Shown piece after piece: positions 12,926 to 24,605 of a stretch of 64,000 nt of DNA. How positions within the stretch are numbered: position 1 is the first letter of the stretch; every line of letters starts with the position of its first letter. The notes beneath the pieces are model-generated. The model ran no database searches. It worked only from the letters and a program-made list of their open reading frames with translations, and was not told where the DNA came from. The DNA lies in assembly GCA_030324005.1 (NCBI GenBank), contig JARDVH010000193.1, forward strand, positions 30,813,337-30,877,336, written 5' to 3'. The DNA comes from Negaprion brevirostris (Eukaryota). The position numbers and the translations under genes are program-made.

Positions 12926-13357
12926 GAATAATTATTTTGTTCTGTCTCCAAGTTGGATTTGAAATATTTGCTTTGGAAGCAAACACTTACATGTCTATTT
13001 ATTTTTCTACCTAGTTCTCTAAATCGTGCACCTTCTCAGTTATTTACTTGATTAATAAGAAAGATCTTGCTCCTTCATTCCCATGGCAGATTTATAATTC
13101 CTGCTACATCCAAACCGCCATCCTGGCAGAAAACGGTTTGTTTAGCATTGCCAAGGGATATTTTCTGCACTACTGAGACTTCAATAACCAGTATCTGATT
13201 GAGCGATTATTTCTTATGGTTGAGGACTGCCTGGCTGCCTGACTCTAACCGTAATATCTGAAGATAGCATCAAAGAGTCACATTAACATTCTCACCTGGC
13301 CCTGAAGGAAACATCAGTTCATCTCAGTGACACAAACAAACAGCAGGCCAAACATAG

Positions 13358-14956
13358 GACAGAATTTTCCCCCCAAAAAATGAAGTGTCATAGAGAGGGA
13401 TTCTCCGTGCACGCTCGCTCCAATCGCACATCACGATGGCCTGGAAAATCGGGAGTTGGTGCACAAGTGGGGTTTTGCGTTGGGTACCAAGCCAGCTATG
13501 ACCCTCCCAGGCCCCGATCGGGTTTCTGCCCATGGTGGGCAGGAACCAAGTGCATGTCAAGTAAACAACTTCAAATATAATTAGCAGGCTTGATGCCTGA
13601 TTCAAATACCTCTCGCTATTCACTCCTCTCTGAGCAGGATCTGCACCAGGTGGAATTTTGTACAGGTCCTCACAAGCGAGGGGCTGGCTTGTTGAAAAAG
13701 CCACCACCAAGCCCTCGGCAATGAGAAGTGTCTTCCCCTCACCTCCCCCCCACCACATACAAGCATGAGATTTATCCAACCTGCACCTCTCCTCCACTCA
13801 GACCACCTCCCCCTCAGACACCCACACAATCTATTTCCCCCTCAGACATCCTCTCTGCCACCCTTCAGGACACCCGCCTTGGCAGTGCCAATTGTGTATT
13901 GTCCCCTGGCAACAAGGCAGTGACTCCCTGGCCTGACGCCTTGGATCCTTGGTGGTGGGGCAGGGGAGCAGGAAGTGGGGGGGAGTCTCAAGGTTGGTCC
14001 AGTGGCCATTTGTCCCTCTACTGCTGCCATGTTGCAAAGGACAAGTTGTTCAAGAGTCCCGGAGTAGGGCAGGTTCAGGTTGAGGGCAATAGGTTGACCT
14101 TACCATTCCCTGCCAGGATGGCGGTTTTGTAACTGGATTGCCCCTTATAAACCTGGCAGACCTGGAGATCTGCCTGGCATGGTGATTTCAGGCAGAGCAC
14201 TCCTGCCTGTCAGCTGTGCAAATTCTGAAGTGGCCATGCCCCCAGTCACGTGGCAGGATTTTAAATTACTGCAGCTCTCCATTCCGCAGCACAGATTTTC
14301 TTTTCTCCCTCAGAAACTGCAGGTGAGAGCAGGCCCCTTTGAAGTCCTTCACCAGAGAGATGTCAATGTCACCAGGTAAGATGTGCGCATTCCAGTCTGC
14401 TCAGCTGTGCACTGAGTCTCAATGCATGTACACTGCTTTGACTTGAGGNNNNNNNNNNCAGTAAGTTGAAGCCCTCTCTATTGCACTTGAAGCATTTGAT
14501 CTGTAACACATTCAACATGCAGTGCTTCATAAAAGATTCAGCTGTCAGATCAATGGATTTTTATCATCCTCCAGCCACCTACATTTATTTTTATATCCTC
14601 TCATGGTTGAATATACCTCAAGTCTAATCCTGATTGATAGATAGCCTGTGGTTTCACTTCTTCCTTTGCACACCAGAACTGGGGGCTGCTAAGCATGCCG
14701 GTGAGCCCGGCTGCAGGGCATTCAGGCGCTGTTTCACAAGGCTGTCCTGTTTTCACACTGTGCTGGGGGACCTCTCCTTCTCCCACAGACATTGGGAGAC
14801 CCCATCTTTGTGACATGTTCCCCACCTCCTCCCTGACATGGGTCGCCAGCATTAGGGCATTGGTGCCCCCCACCCGATGCATCCCCCTGATATGCACCCA
14901 TCATGAACCCTGATATCTGCCCTTCTGCCTCCTTTCACACTCCAGCCCTGTGTAGG
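13358..14956. mobile_element. GC-rich Harbinger-like element (truncated by gap)
   Basis: Starts GGACAGAATTTTCCCC; weak minus-strand GAIQ...VLCNMA resemblance to the Harbinger C-terminus (GALQY...LHN) near 14000-14160. Confidence 0.45.
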
Positions 14957-16303
14957 NNNNNNNNNNNNNNNNNNNNNNNNNNNNNNNNNNNNNNNNNNNN
15001 NNNNNNNNNNNNNNNNNNNNNNNNNNNNNNNNNNNNNNNNNNNNNNNNNNNNNNNNNNNNNNNNNNNNNNNNNNNNNNNNNNNNNNNNNNNNNNNNNNNN
15101 NNNNNNNNNNNNNNNNNNNNNNNNNNNNNNNNNNNNNNNNNNNNNNNNNNNNNNNNNNNNNNNNNNNNNNNNNNNNNNNNNNNNNNNNNNNNNNNNNNNN
15201 NNNNNNNNNNNNNNNNNNNNNNNNNNNNNNNNNNNNNNNNNNNNNNNNNNNNNNNNNNNNNNNNNNNNNNNNNNNNNNNNNNNNNNNNNNNNNNNNNNNN
15301 NNNNNNNNNNNNNNNNNNNNNNNNNNNNNNNNNNNNNNNNNNNNNNNNNNNNNNNNNNNNNNNNNNNNNNNNNNNNNNNNNNNNNNNNNNNNNNNNNNNN
15401 NNNNNNNNNNNNNNNNNNNNNNNNNNNNNNNNNNNNNNNNNNNNNNNNNNNNNNNNNNNNNNNNNNNNNNNNNNNNNNNNNNNNNNNNNNNNNNNNNNNN
15501 NNNNNNNNNNNNNNNNNNNNNNNNNNNNNCTATTTTTACTCTCCTCTCATTTTAATGCTGTTAATATAGACATTTCATTGGACAATTGGTAAATTTCAAT
15601 GTGGTTCCTGCCAATGTTCTGCCTCAATTAGAATGGCTGATTGGGAGGACTCTGGGAAACATTTGCAGCATTAAGCTTCGGAGGTAATTTCTTTCTTTAA
15701 AGAATGATGGATGGAAATTGCAAAACTTTCATATTCTCAGAATCGATGGCTTGTGAATGGATGATATAGTCAAACATCAGAATGTTAATGGATGTAGTCT
15801 AAATAAATGTTAGAGAGAATGATTATATCCAAAATGAAGTGCCTCTAATTACAAAAAATTCTTTTTCCCTTGATAATACATCCCATGGCCTTGACATTTA
15901 TCTACAAAATTACAAGTACCAACAGTTCATCACTCCTTCAGAATTAATATTCTTCTTTTTATCTATATGATTGCCTTTTAAGTGTATTTTATACCTGAGA
16001 GGTAAATGACACGTCAAAAGTAATTGGCAATCTTAACATCGTTAACTGCGGGATGAGAAATTATTTCTGTTGACTGCTTTTTACAATAATCGTGATCAAA
16101 TTTACATAACAATACCAATTAATGGAAGATATTTGTTCATAATCTGCTCATTCCTGAACACCTGTTTTAGCAACTAAAGATGTAGAATAAACAGTGTAAA
16201 ATTATATACATTCCCTTCATATTATAAATTTACACATAATATCAGGAAGCAATAAAGTGATAGTAGACACCTTGTAATTCAAGTTTGCCCAAGCTGTAAG
16301 ATT

Positions 16304-16585
16304 AAGTTTATTTATTAGTGCCACAAATAGGCTTACATTCACACTGTAATAAAGTTACTGTAAAAATCTCCCTGTCACCACACTCCAGCGCCTGTTCGGG
16401 TACGCTGAGGGAAAATTTAGCATGGCCAATGTACCTAACCAGCAGGTCTTGTGGAATGTTGGAGGAAACCAGAGCACCCAGAAGAAACCCACGCAGACAT
16501 GGTGAGAACGTGCAGACTCCGCATAGTCAGTGACCCTAGCCGGGAATTGAACCGGGGTCCGTGGCGCTGTGAGGCAGCAGTGCAA
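16304..16585 (-). mobile_element. HE1-head SINE with alternative tail
   Basis: Reverse complement of the family at 12258/28481. Confidence 0.9.
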
Positions 16586-16726
16586 ACTTGTAAGTGATTT
16601 CATTGTCTTCTGTATGTCCTCTCTTGACTGAAGAGACTGATATGAGATTGGCACTGATGTCCAGAGCACCAAGCTTCACCGCTGCAGGTATTTCTGCAGC
16701 TGTGCCAACTCTGGCCTTCCTCTGAG

Positions 16727-16840
16727 CAAACACAGTAAGAAGCCTAACAACGCCAGGTTAAAGTCTAACAGGTTTATTTGATAGTAAATGCCACATGCTT
16801 TCGGAACACGCTGTTCCTTTGTCAGGTGAATGGAGATTCA
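16727..16840 (-). mobile_element. Penelope-like terminus containing hammerhead relic
   Basis: Minus: CAC CTGACAA A GGAACA GCG TGTTCC GAAA GCAT GTG...TTTAACCTGGCGTTGTTAGGCTTCTTACTGTG; homologous to 31323-31365. Confidence 0.75.
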
Positions 16841-17062
16841 ACATCATGACTTCCTTTGAGCAAATCAGGTGTCGGGAATGTGTTGTAGATGTTTTTTGAA
16901 ACATGCTGAATGATTTTGAGTGCTTGCCTTGACGTGGGCTCGTTGGCAGCAGTGTTTTTCCAAGAGGCCTAGCAATGCAGACGTTTTTAAGGCTCTGCTG
17001 GTTTTTTGGGTCCCCTAATATCTTTGGTACTCCTTGTTGATGTGGAAAGTAGAATAAAATAG

Positions 17063-17368
17063 AATAGAATCCCTACAGTGTAGAAGAGGGTCATTTTGGC
17101 CCATTGAGCTGCACCAACAGCAATCCCACCCAGATCCTGTAACCCCATATATTTATCAAGCTAGTCCCCCTGATGCTAAGGGGCATTTGAGCATGGCCAG
17201 TCAACCTAACCTGCACATCTTTGCATTGTGGGAGGAAACCGGTGCACCTAGAGGAAACCCACATGGGGAGAATGTGCAAACTCCACACAGATAATGATCT
17301 GTGGCTGGAATTGAACCCAGGTCCTTGGCACTGTGAGGCAGAAGTTCTAACCACTATGCCATCATGCC
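17063..17368 (-). mobile_element. HE1-type SINE, CR1-type tail
   Basis: Full head, core and tail on the minus strand. Confidence 0.9.
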
Positions 17369-17852
17369 AACAACAAAATTGCATTCCTTTAAACTATAAC
17401 TCTGCTTAAACAGGCTGAAGAGTTTTTTAAAAAAATCTTTGTAATTCTTTTTATTATTATGTCTTATATATTGGCTCTTGAAATATTTGGATTGAAGTTT
17501 AAAGCCCTTTAACTCTCACGTTGTGTCTGGGGAAGAATATTCAGAAAATTGTACTATCAACAGTTTTGGGAAAACAGTGGTGTGACTGGATTCAGAAGAG
17601 AAAATGCAAAAATACCTAAATAGCTGGAAGCAGAAAGAAGGGAGATGAGAGGACCTTTATAAAGTTGTTTTGCTCTCGCAGATTTACTCAATTTGAAAAC
17701 CACTTTGAAGCAAGCTGCACCTGAAATTTAGAGTAGTGATGAACTTGCTCTTAGAGTACNNNNNNNNNNCTTTTCATCCAACCAAGACAAGAAGAATAAT
17801 AGCTTAGTTGGTGAAAAATAAATTGAAGGATTGCACATAACTCAGACACTAT

Positions 17853-18833
17853 GAGCCGTATTTCACCATTTTGATTCTAAATTCTGGGCAGACTTGTAAC
17901 TGGCAGAGTTTCAGATCCGACTTTTCAGATCCATTCTTGGGCGGCCCCATATGCACTCTGCCTGAAGAAACAGCAGTGATTCTGAATTGTGCTGCAGAAG
18001 CCTGTGGGAGGGGCCTAGCATGCCCAAAATCCTGCAGCTCCAATTGAAGCCTTCAACTGCGCATGTGCAGTAAAAAAAATAGAAGGATGTTCTCCTGCCA
18101 CATTGCTCCCAGGCTTGTTAATGAATCCCTCTGGTCTCCACAAACGTTGCCCCACTCTCCAACATTACTGACCCCTTAATTACCCATCCCCATGCTATCC
18201 AGACCGATCGCAGCCGCCTGCCCCCTTCCCCCCACTGATCACAGGCAGAGTGGCAGTGGACCTCGCCTTCCCCCCACCCATCACATGCAGAGTGGCAGNN
18301 NNNNNNNNNNNNNNNNNNNNNNNNNNNNNNNNNNNNNNNNNNNNNNNNNNNNNNNNNNNNNNNCCCCCCCACCAGAGAGCGAACTGAACCACCTCCCTCC
18401 CTACCATAGTGCCATCTGAACCATCTCCCGCCTCCCCCCCACCACCAGAGAGCCATCTGACCCACTTCTCTCCCAACCACACCACCCCCACCCACCACTC
18501 TGCTGAGTCAGAGAGCCGCAGGAAACTCTGAACTTACCTCCTCAGAAGTTGGATCGCCTGAATCGTTTTGTGCCGTATCTGGATGGGTGAACATGGTGGT
18601 TAAAGGTGGAAACGCCGATAAGTTTGGGTGTGCAGCCTGTTAAGTCAATTTAAATGTATTTAAATTGACATTGCACCCATTTTGGGCACGGTGCCGATGG
18701 TGGCCATTTTCAGCCCTTGGTAAAGAGGGAATGGGAGCAGAGGCGGGTGCGGATTGTGCTACTCACCTCGCACCCAACTTTACCAAGTTTTCGAATCTGA
18801 AAATAGGCACAACTTGATGGTAAAATAGGACCC
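17853..18833. mobile_element. Non-autonomous Harbinger-like transposon
   Basis: TIRs GAGCCGTATTTCACCA / TGGTAAAATAGGACCC (12/16 match), flanked by 3-bp TAT duplication. Confidence 0.75.
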
Positions 18834-18984
18834 TATTAAGAGGGATCCCACAGTTTTTCTTATTTGACTAGATCATCAACTTGTCTGGCTGTTAACCATT
18901 AGGAACTGATCAATATAGTCACTGAATTTTGTGAATATCTATTTGAATCATTTTAGAAGCCATACATTTGGAGACATATGTAGG

Positions 18985-19128
18985 TCATCCATCCTTACCT
19001 GGTCTGGCTTACATATAACCCCAAATGGGTGGCCTCTAAAATGAATCACAGTTCAAGGGCAGTTAGAGCCGGACAATATATGCTGAGCCAGCCAGAGCTG
19101 CCCACATCCTGTGAATGAATTTTAAAAA
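18985..19128 (+). mobile_element. Family-B SINE 3' fragment
   Basis: CCTTACCTGGTCTGGCTTACAT...GTTCAAGGGCAGTTAG, as in 9478-9640. Confidence 0.7.
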
Positions 19129-19132
19129 ATTA

Positions 19133-19437
19133 TGGTGACACAGTGGCACAGTGGATAGCACAGCACCAGAAACCCAAGTTCAATTCTTGCCTTGGGTCAG
19201 TGTCTATGTGGAGTTTGTACATTCTACCCGCATCTGCGTGGGTTTCCTCCAGGTGCTCCGGTTTTCTTCCACAGTCCAAAGATGTGCAGGTTAGGTGGAT
19301 TGGCCATGTTAAATTGCCCCTTAGAGACAGGGGGATTAGTGGGGAAAATATACCCAGTTAAGGCTGGGGTGGGATTGTTGTTGGTGCAGTCTTGATGGGC
19401 TGAATAGCTTCCTTCTGCACTGTAGGGATTCTATGAT
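19133..19437 (+). mobile_element. HE1-type SINE, CR1-type tail
   Basis: Core GTGGGTTTCCTCC...CAGTCCAAAGATGTGCAGG; tail CTTCTGCACTGTAGGGATTCTATGA. Confidence 0.9.
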
Positions 19438-20974
19438 ATAGATTAATATATTCACTGAATTAAGAACTTTAAGCGTGAGCAGATTATGACATCATTGTAG
19501 ATATAGCCATTCAAACTAGACTTGTATTTTTGTTTGGTTGTGGTTATTATTATGGTGGAATTGTTGGAGATGTTGTCCAGAATGCAATGACTGGCATCGA
19601 ATCCCTGCANNNNNNNNNNNNNNNNNNNNNNNNNNNNNNNNNNNNNNNNNNNNNNNNNNNNNNNNNNNNNNNNNNNNNNNNNNNNNNNNNNNNNNNNNNN
19701 NNNNNNNNNNNNNNNNNNNNNNNNNNNNNNNNNNNNNNNNNNNNNNNNNNNNNNNNNNNNNNNNNNNNNNNNNNNNNNNNNNNNNNNNNNNNNNNNNTTG
19801 CAAAGAACTGTACCCTCCTAACATTATAGAATCCCAATTGATGAGGCCCCTACCCGAATCCAGCAGGTACCTTTGGCGACTAAATTGGCAGTCAATGTAA
19901 AAACAGCAAGATACAAGTGGTAAATGCTCTGAGAGGATTTTAACGATTTGCATGCCCCTTTCTGCTTGGTGTCAAATCACTCTTCCAATTCTGGAGACCC
20001 AGCTGTAGGGATTGCAACAAAGAATATCTCTAATTGGACCAGTGCAATGGAAAGCAGGTCAACATGATTTTCCAAGGTTGGCACACATCAAAGCAAATTC
20101 AGAATACATTTTTCAGGCGTCTGCAGAAGTCTCAAACTAAACATTTCTTTCTTTGTATACATGCTATCCCTTTCTCCTTGGGACATAGCATTTGTACTCT
20201 TCCATCCCTTTGCAGATACAGGATGCAGTTTGTATGTATCCTTTTCACAGTATGCAATGCAAGGCGTAAGTTATAGTACATGGACAGGAAGGTAGATCAT
20301 TGTTATTTTGTCAAGGTTAATTAGCAATGGGTGAGAATTTCATGGCTCTGCCAGTGACAGTCATATCCCACACAACACTTAAAAATATACAGCAAGATAT
20401 CTTAACACAATTAGCTTGAAATGTCTGCTCCAACTCAGTACTAAAACACCAGGCTTTCCCAATTATATAACAAGGGATGGAATGAGTTCCTTTACTATTC
20501 CTCACTATGTTCAGCCTTTAGGCAAATGCTGCATGTGCCAACTGAAAAAGATCATGACAAGCAGAACTCTGATAATCACCAAGACCTTTCCATGAGGTGC
20601 TCAGACATAACGTTGTTAAGTCTGTAACTACTGGGGAGGTAGTTTCAAAGCAGTCACACCAAAGGCAAGCCACAGGAACAGTAGGCTTATTTGAAGGCCT
20701 GTGCAACTCGCACTGCAGCCCTGAAGTGGCTGTTGGGTTTTCCTGGGCAGGTTACTTAACCCTCCAGGTCACCTGACCTGTCCTCTTGAAGAAGCTACGC
20801 CCTGCATACATCACAAAATCTAACAACCACACTATTAAGCAACATTGTGTAATCTACATTCACCCGGCATTAATAGCCTCACGGGATAGGTAATTCTTGA
20901 ATTTGAAGAGATATTTGGTGAAACAATATTCAAAACTGATGAAAACTATATGGAGAAGGCAGGAGATAATCGAG

Positions 20975-21648
20975 CGTGCAGTACACAGGTCACTGAAAGT
21001 GGCAACACAGGTGGAAAAGGTAGTTACGAAGGCATGCTTGCCTTCATCAGCCAGGGCATTGAGTTTAAAAATTCCCTAGTCATGTTGCAGCTTTATAGCA
21101 CCTTGCTCAGGCCGCACTTGATATATAGTGCTCAATTCTGGTGGCCACATTACCAGAAGGATGTGGAGGCTTTGGAGAGGGTACAGAAAAGATTCACCAG
21201 GATGTTGCCTGGTGTGGAGGACATTAGCTACAAGGAGAAGTTGGAGAAACTTGATTTGTTCTCACTGGAACGACGGAGGTAGAGGGGCAACCTGATAGAA
21301 GTCAACAAGATTATGAAGGACATAGATAGAGTGAATAGTCAGAGGCTTTTTTCCAAGGTGGAAGAGTCCATTTCTAGGGGGCATAGATATAAGGTGCAAG
21401 AGGCAAGGTTTAAAGGAGATGTGTTTTACACAGAGGATGATGGGTGCCTGGAACTCACTACTGGGAGAAGTAGTGGAAGCAGATACAGTAGTGACTTTTA
21501 AGGGGCATCTTGACAAATACATGAATAGGATGGGAAAAGAGGGATATGGTCCCTGGAAGGGCAGCGGCTTTTAGTTCAGTCAGACAGCATGGCTGGAGGG
21601 CTGAAGGGCCTGTTCCTGTGCTGTAATTTTCTTTGTTCTTTGTTCTTT
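20975..21648 (+). mobile_element. CR1 (HER1-like) LINE 3' end
   Basis: GMLAFISQGIEFK..LYSTLLRPHL.YSAQFWWPHYQKDVEALERVQKRFTRMLPG; TTCTTTG tail. Confidence 0.95.
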
Positions 21649-23544
21649 GAAGAAGTTTGCAAGTCCATGATTTGTCTTCGCAGCATGGTTAAAAGATTGG
21701 TATGCTACAGAACTTGCCTTGAGTAGTGTGTCTTGTTTCAAGAGTAGTTAAAGGAAAAAGAAAAAGAAATATAAAGACCGGGGCGGCAAATTTGTGCAAA
21801 ATTCCCCTTGGTGCCGCTTTCTGTGACATTTTCTGTCAGCTCCCAGGCAAGTCCTACCTCCTGTTGAATGGACTGTTCAGACTGAAATAACACGGTCGGA
21901 ATACTCCTACCCGTTCTTCACGCGACTGTCAGCTGTGGTTCTTTTCCAGCAGCATTCTTCAAAGTCCCAGAGCAATGCTTGCTCTCCAACCCCTTCACTA
22001 GAACAGAACGCCATTGGAATGCTTAGGCTGTGAACCCACCTCATTGCCAGTTATTATGTATGCCCCTGTGGGCTAAGGGCATAATAATTATGAGGGATGC
22101 TTGAATAGTTCAATACTGGGAGCTGTTTATTGAACATGTGCGCTAATTCACAGTCAGGTCTAAGACTGCTCAACACTGGGTGGAGCTGATAGCCCAGGGG
22201 CCACTTGATTTGTACTCTTAAAGGGGCAGTCTGCACCCTAAACCCCAATATGCTATATGTATAAAATATATGCATCATGTTAACATATTTGAGGTTTTGT
22301 TATAGAACAAAATTGTTCCTGCCTTTTGTAGTTATATTGGTGAGATATATATGGCACCGCTTTAGAAAGATTACTGACTATGTCTGAGAACAGTTTTCTA
22401 TGACTTTGACTGTATTAAATTCATCTTGAACTTGGGTTAATCACTGCTAATTTTTAATACCGGGATGAAAAATGGAACGTTGTTGCACCCATTGTTTGTG
22501 CAATCACTCTCATCAAGAATCCAAGTAAATTTCCACATAAAATGTCTCCTGGAAGTATGCCAGATGCCAAATTAAAAACCGCTGTAAGTGTGCAGGACAT
22601 CTGCTAGAAATGAGACTTGAGGTGCCATACGTAAGCAGATCAGAATTCTAATCATGTTTGTAGGATCTTGGTCGGGCAGCAAGTAAGTGGAGCTTGAGGC
22701 TGTTTGCCCTGCCCAATCGTTCTGGGCCTGGAGAAACTTAGACAGAGGTCCTTAAATGCATTACTGACAGCCATTAAGTGAATATAAGAAATTTCTTTTT
22801 TGAACGGTTTCAGTTTTATGAAACCTGTAGAAGCAGAATTGTTCCTCCAAACTTCACAAAAATACCGTGGACCATTGCCACTTCAGCCCGAAGCCCCTTT
22901 CCAGTCGCGTGTTTGGATCACAAGTTGTTTTGCTTCCCCCAGTACTTTTACCTGAAAATTGTGCTTTGTGCTATTTTCTCCCCTCTCAATGTCTTAATTC
23001 ACATTTTTTTTCAGCCTGTCTTAATGTTTTCCATTTTACCCTAATGCCTAATGGAAGACTGAGATGATCACGACACCAACGATCATCCAGAAAAACAGGT
23101 TTTCGCACCACATTGAACCTAATCAAAAGCTAGCACTAACAAATAAATGTTAGTTTTATTGGTGACCCACCAAATAGGATTAGAACTCTGGTGAATCAAA
23201 TATTACATTTTTTAAAAAATCTGAAAGCAATATAGCAGTGATACAAGATAGGAATTTAGATGAGATACTGGTAGATTTATCTAAGCTGATGTAATTTTCA
23301 TTTCATACGTGATCAAAGAGGGAAAATTTCCAGGTTGCATCCCAATTGCAATTGCGATATCCCCTGTCTGGGAAAGGACTAGCAACAGCTCGCTTACGGA
23401 GTCAATGCATTTCTAGAAAGTGTTCCTATCATTCTTGAACAAACTGTTAAATGTATTCCATTTTATAAAAATTAGGTTACTAATAGACAAATTGGTGTCT
23501 TTATTGTGTATGCTGAGAATATTTTACAGCAGTGCTTACAGTTT

Positions 23545-23620
23545 AAAAATACTTCATGAACTGTAAAGCACTTTGGGATGTCTTGAGGTCATGAAAAGTG
23601 CTATACAAATGCAAGATATT
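23545..23620 (+). mobile_element. L2/Deu-SINE-type 3' tail remnant
   Basis: TGTAAAGCACTTTGGGATGTCTTGAGG...GTGCTATACAAATGCAAG; similar remnants at ~2975 (-) and ~31520 (+). Confidence 0.6.
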
Positions 23621-24517
23621 TCATTTCCTTTTCATTTTAAGGATGGTTAAGTGCCTTTGATTGCCTAAGTGGATTTTAGAGAATCCAATTTTTGCCAAAA
23701 GTGAACAGGTGCACCCAAGTATAATACAAGGAAGCAGCATTATAATTCACATTTTGAATTTGACATTGCTAGTCTTTTTCACAAAGTAGGACATTTTTCT
23801 TCCCCACTGGCATTCACAACATATTCATATTGACGTTATTTCCTCGCACAAATCTATTTATAGCACAGTCAGAGAATAGTCTGGTAATGTGCGGGAGAAT
23901 GCTTGTGGTATAAAGTTATGGCATTATCTGATTGGAGTGTGCAGAGGGGAATAGGAAAGGAATATCAGTCTAAGGGTGAGCTGTGAAGCAGAATGATTAT
24001 TTCATTATTATATGTAACTGCACCTTTGAAAAATTAAGTTAAAAGCCATATTGACCCAGTCTATTTTGGTGGTTTGTCCACAAAGTTATTTTGAATTAGA
24101 CAAACTTATTTGATAAATTACTGTTTTTCCCAATCAGGTTTGATTTTCTAGTATCCTTTAATTTCAACAGAATCAATTACAGAGAACAGGATTGATAAAT
24201 GTATCAATCACTATGCAGAAATAACTAAAGATGACAATTTTGACCATGGACAATATCGTATAACAGCTAATATCAGCTAGGCTGCTTGTTGAACACTTTT
24301 CCGGATTTTTATTTCCATGGACCTCTGGAGTGGCACTTCATGGATGACCAAATCAATAATTCATGTTTTACCTGTTATTTAAAGACAAAATCACTACCGA
24401 GCAGATTCCTTTCTTTGGCATCATTGAATGGACACTGCTTATTACGTGGGCCTTTATATATCAACTGAGAGAAAATCAGAAGTAGACTTGCAGCTTATGA
24501 AATCCTAAAACTACTTC

Positions 24518-24605
24518 ATAGAGTGTCTACAGTACAGAAGGAGAGACCATTTCGCCCATCGAGTCTGCACCAATCACCATCCCACCCAGGCCCTATCCCC
24601 GTAAT
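24518..24605 (-). mobile_element. HE1-type SINE tail fragment
   Basis: CCATTTCGCCCATCGAGTCTGCACC...CCCACCCAGGCCCTATCCCC. Confidence 0.8.

Noticed and set aside
14903-15592. Long ORFs spanning N runs (also 19516-19953, 27528-28019, 41223-41873, 60017-60562)
   Set aside because: Their length is an artefact of assembly gaps translated as X.
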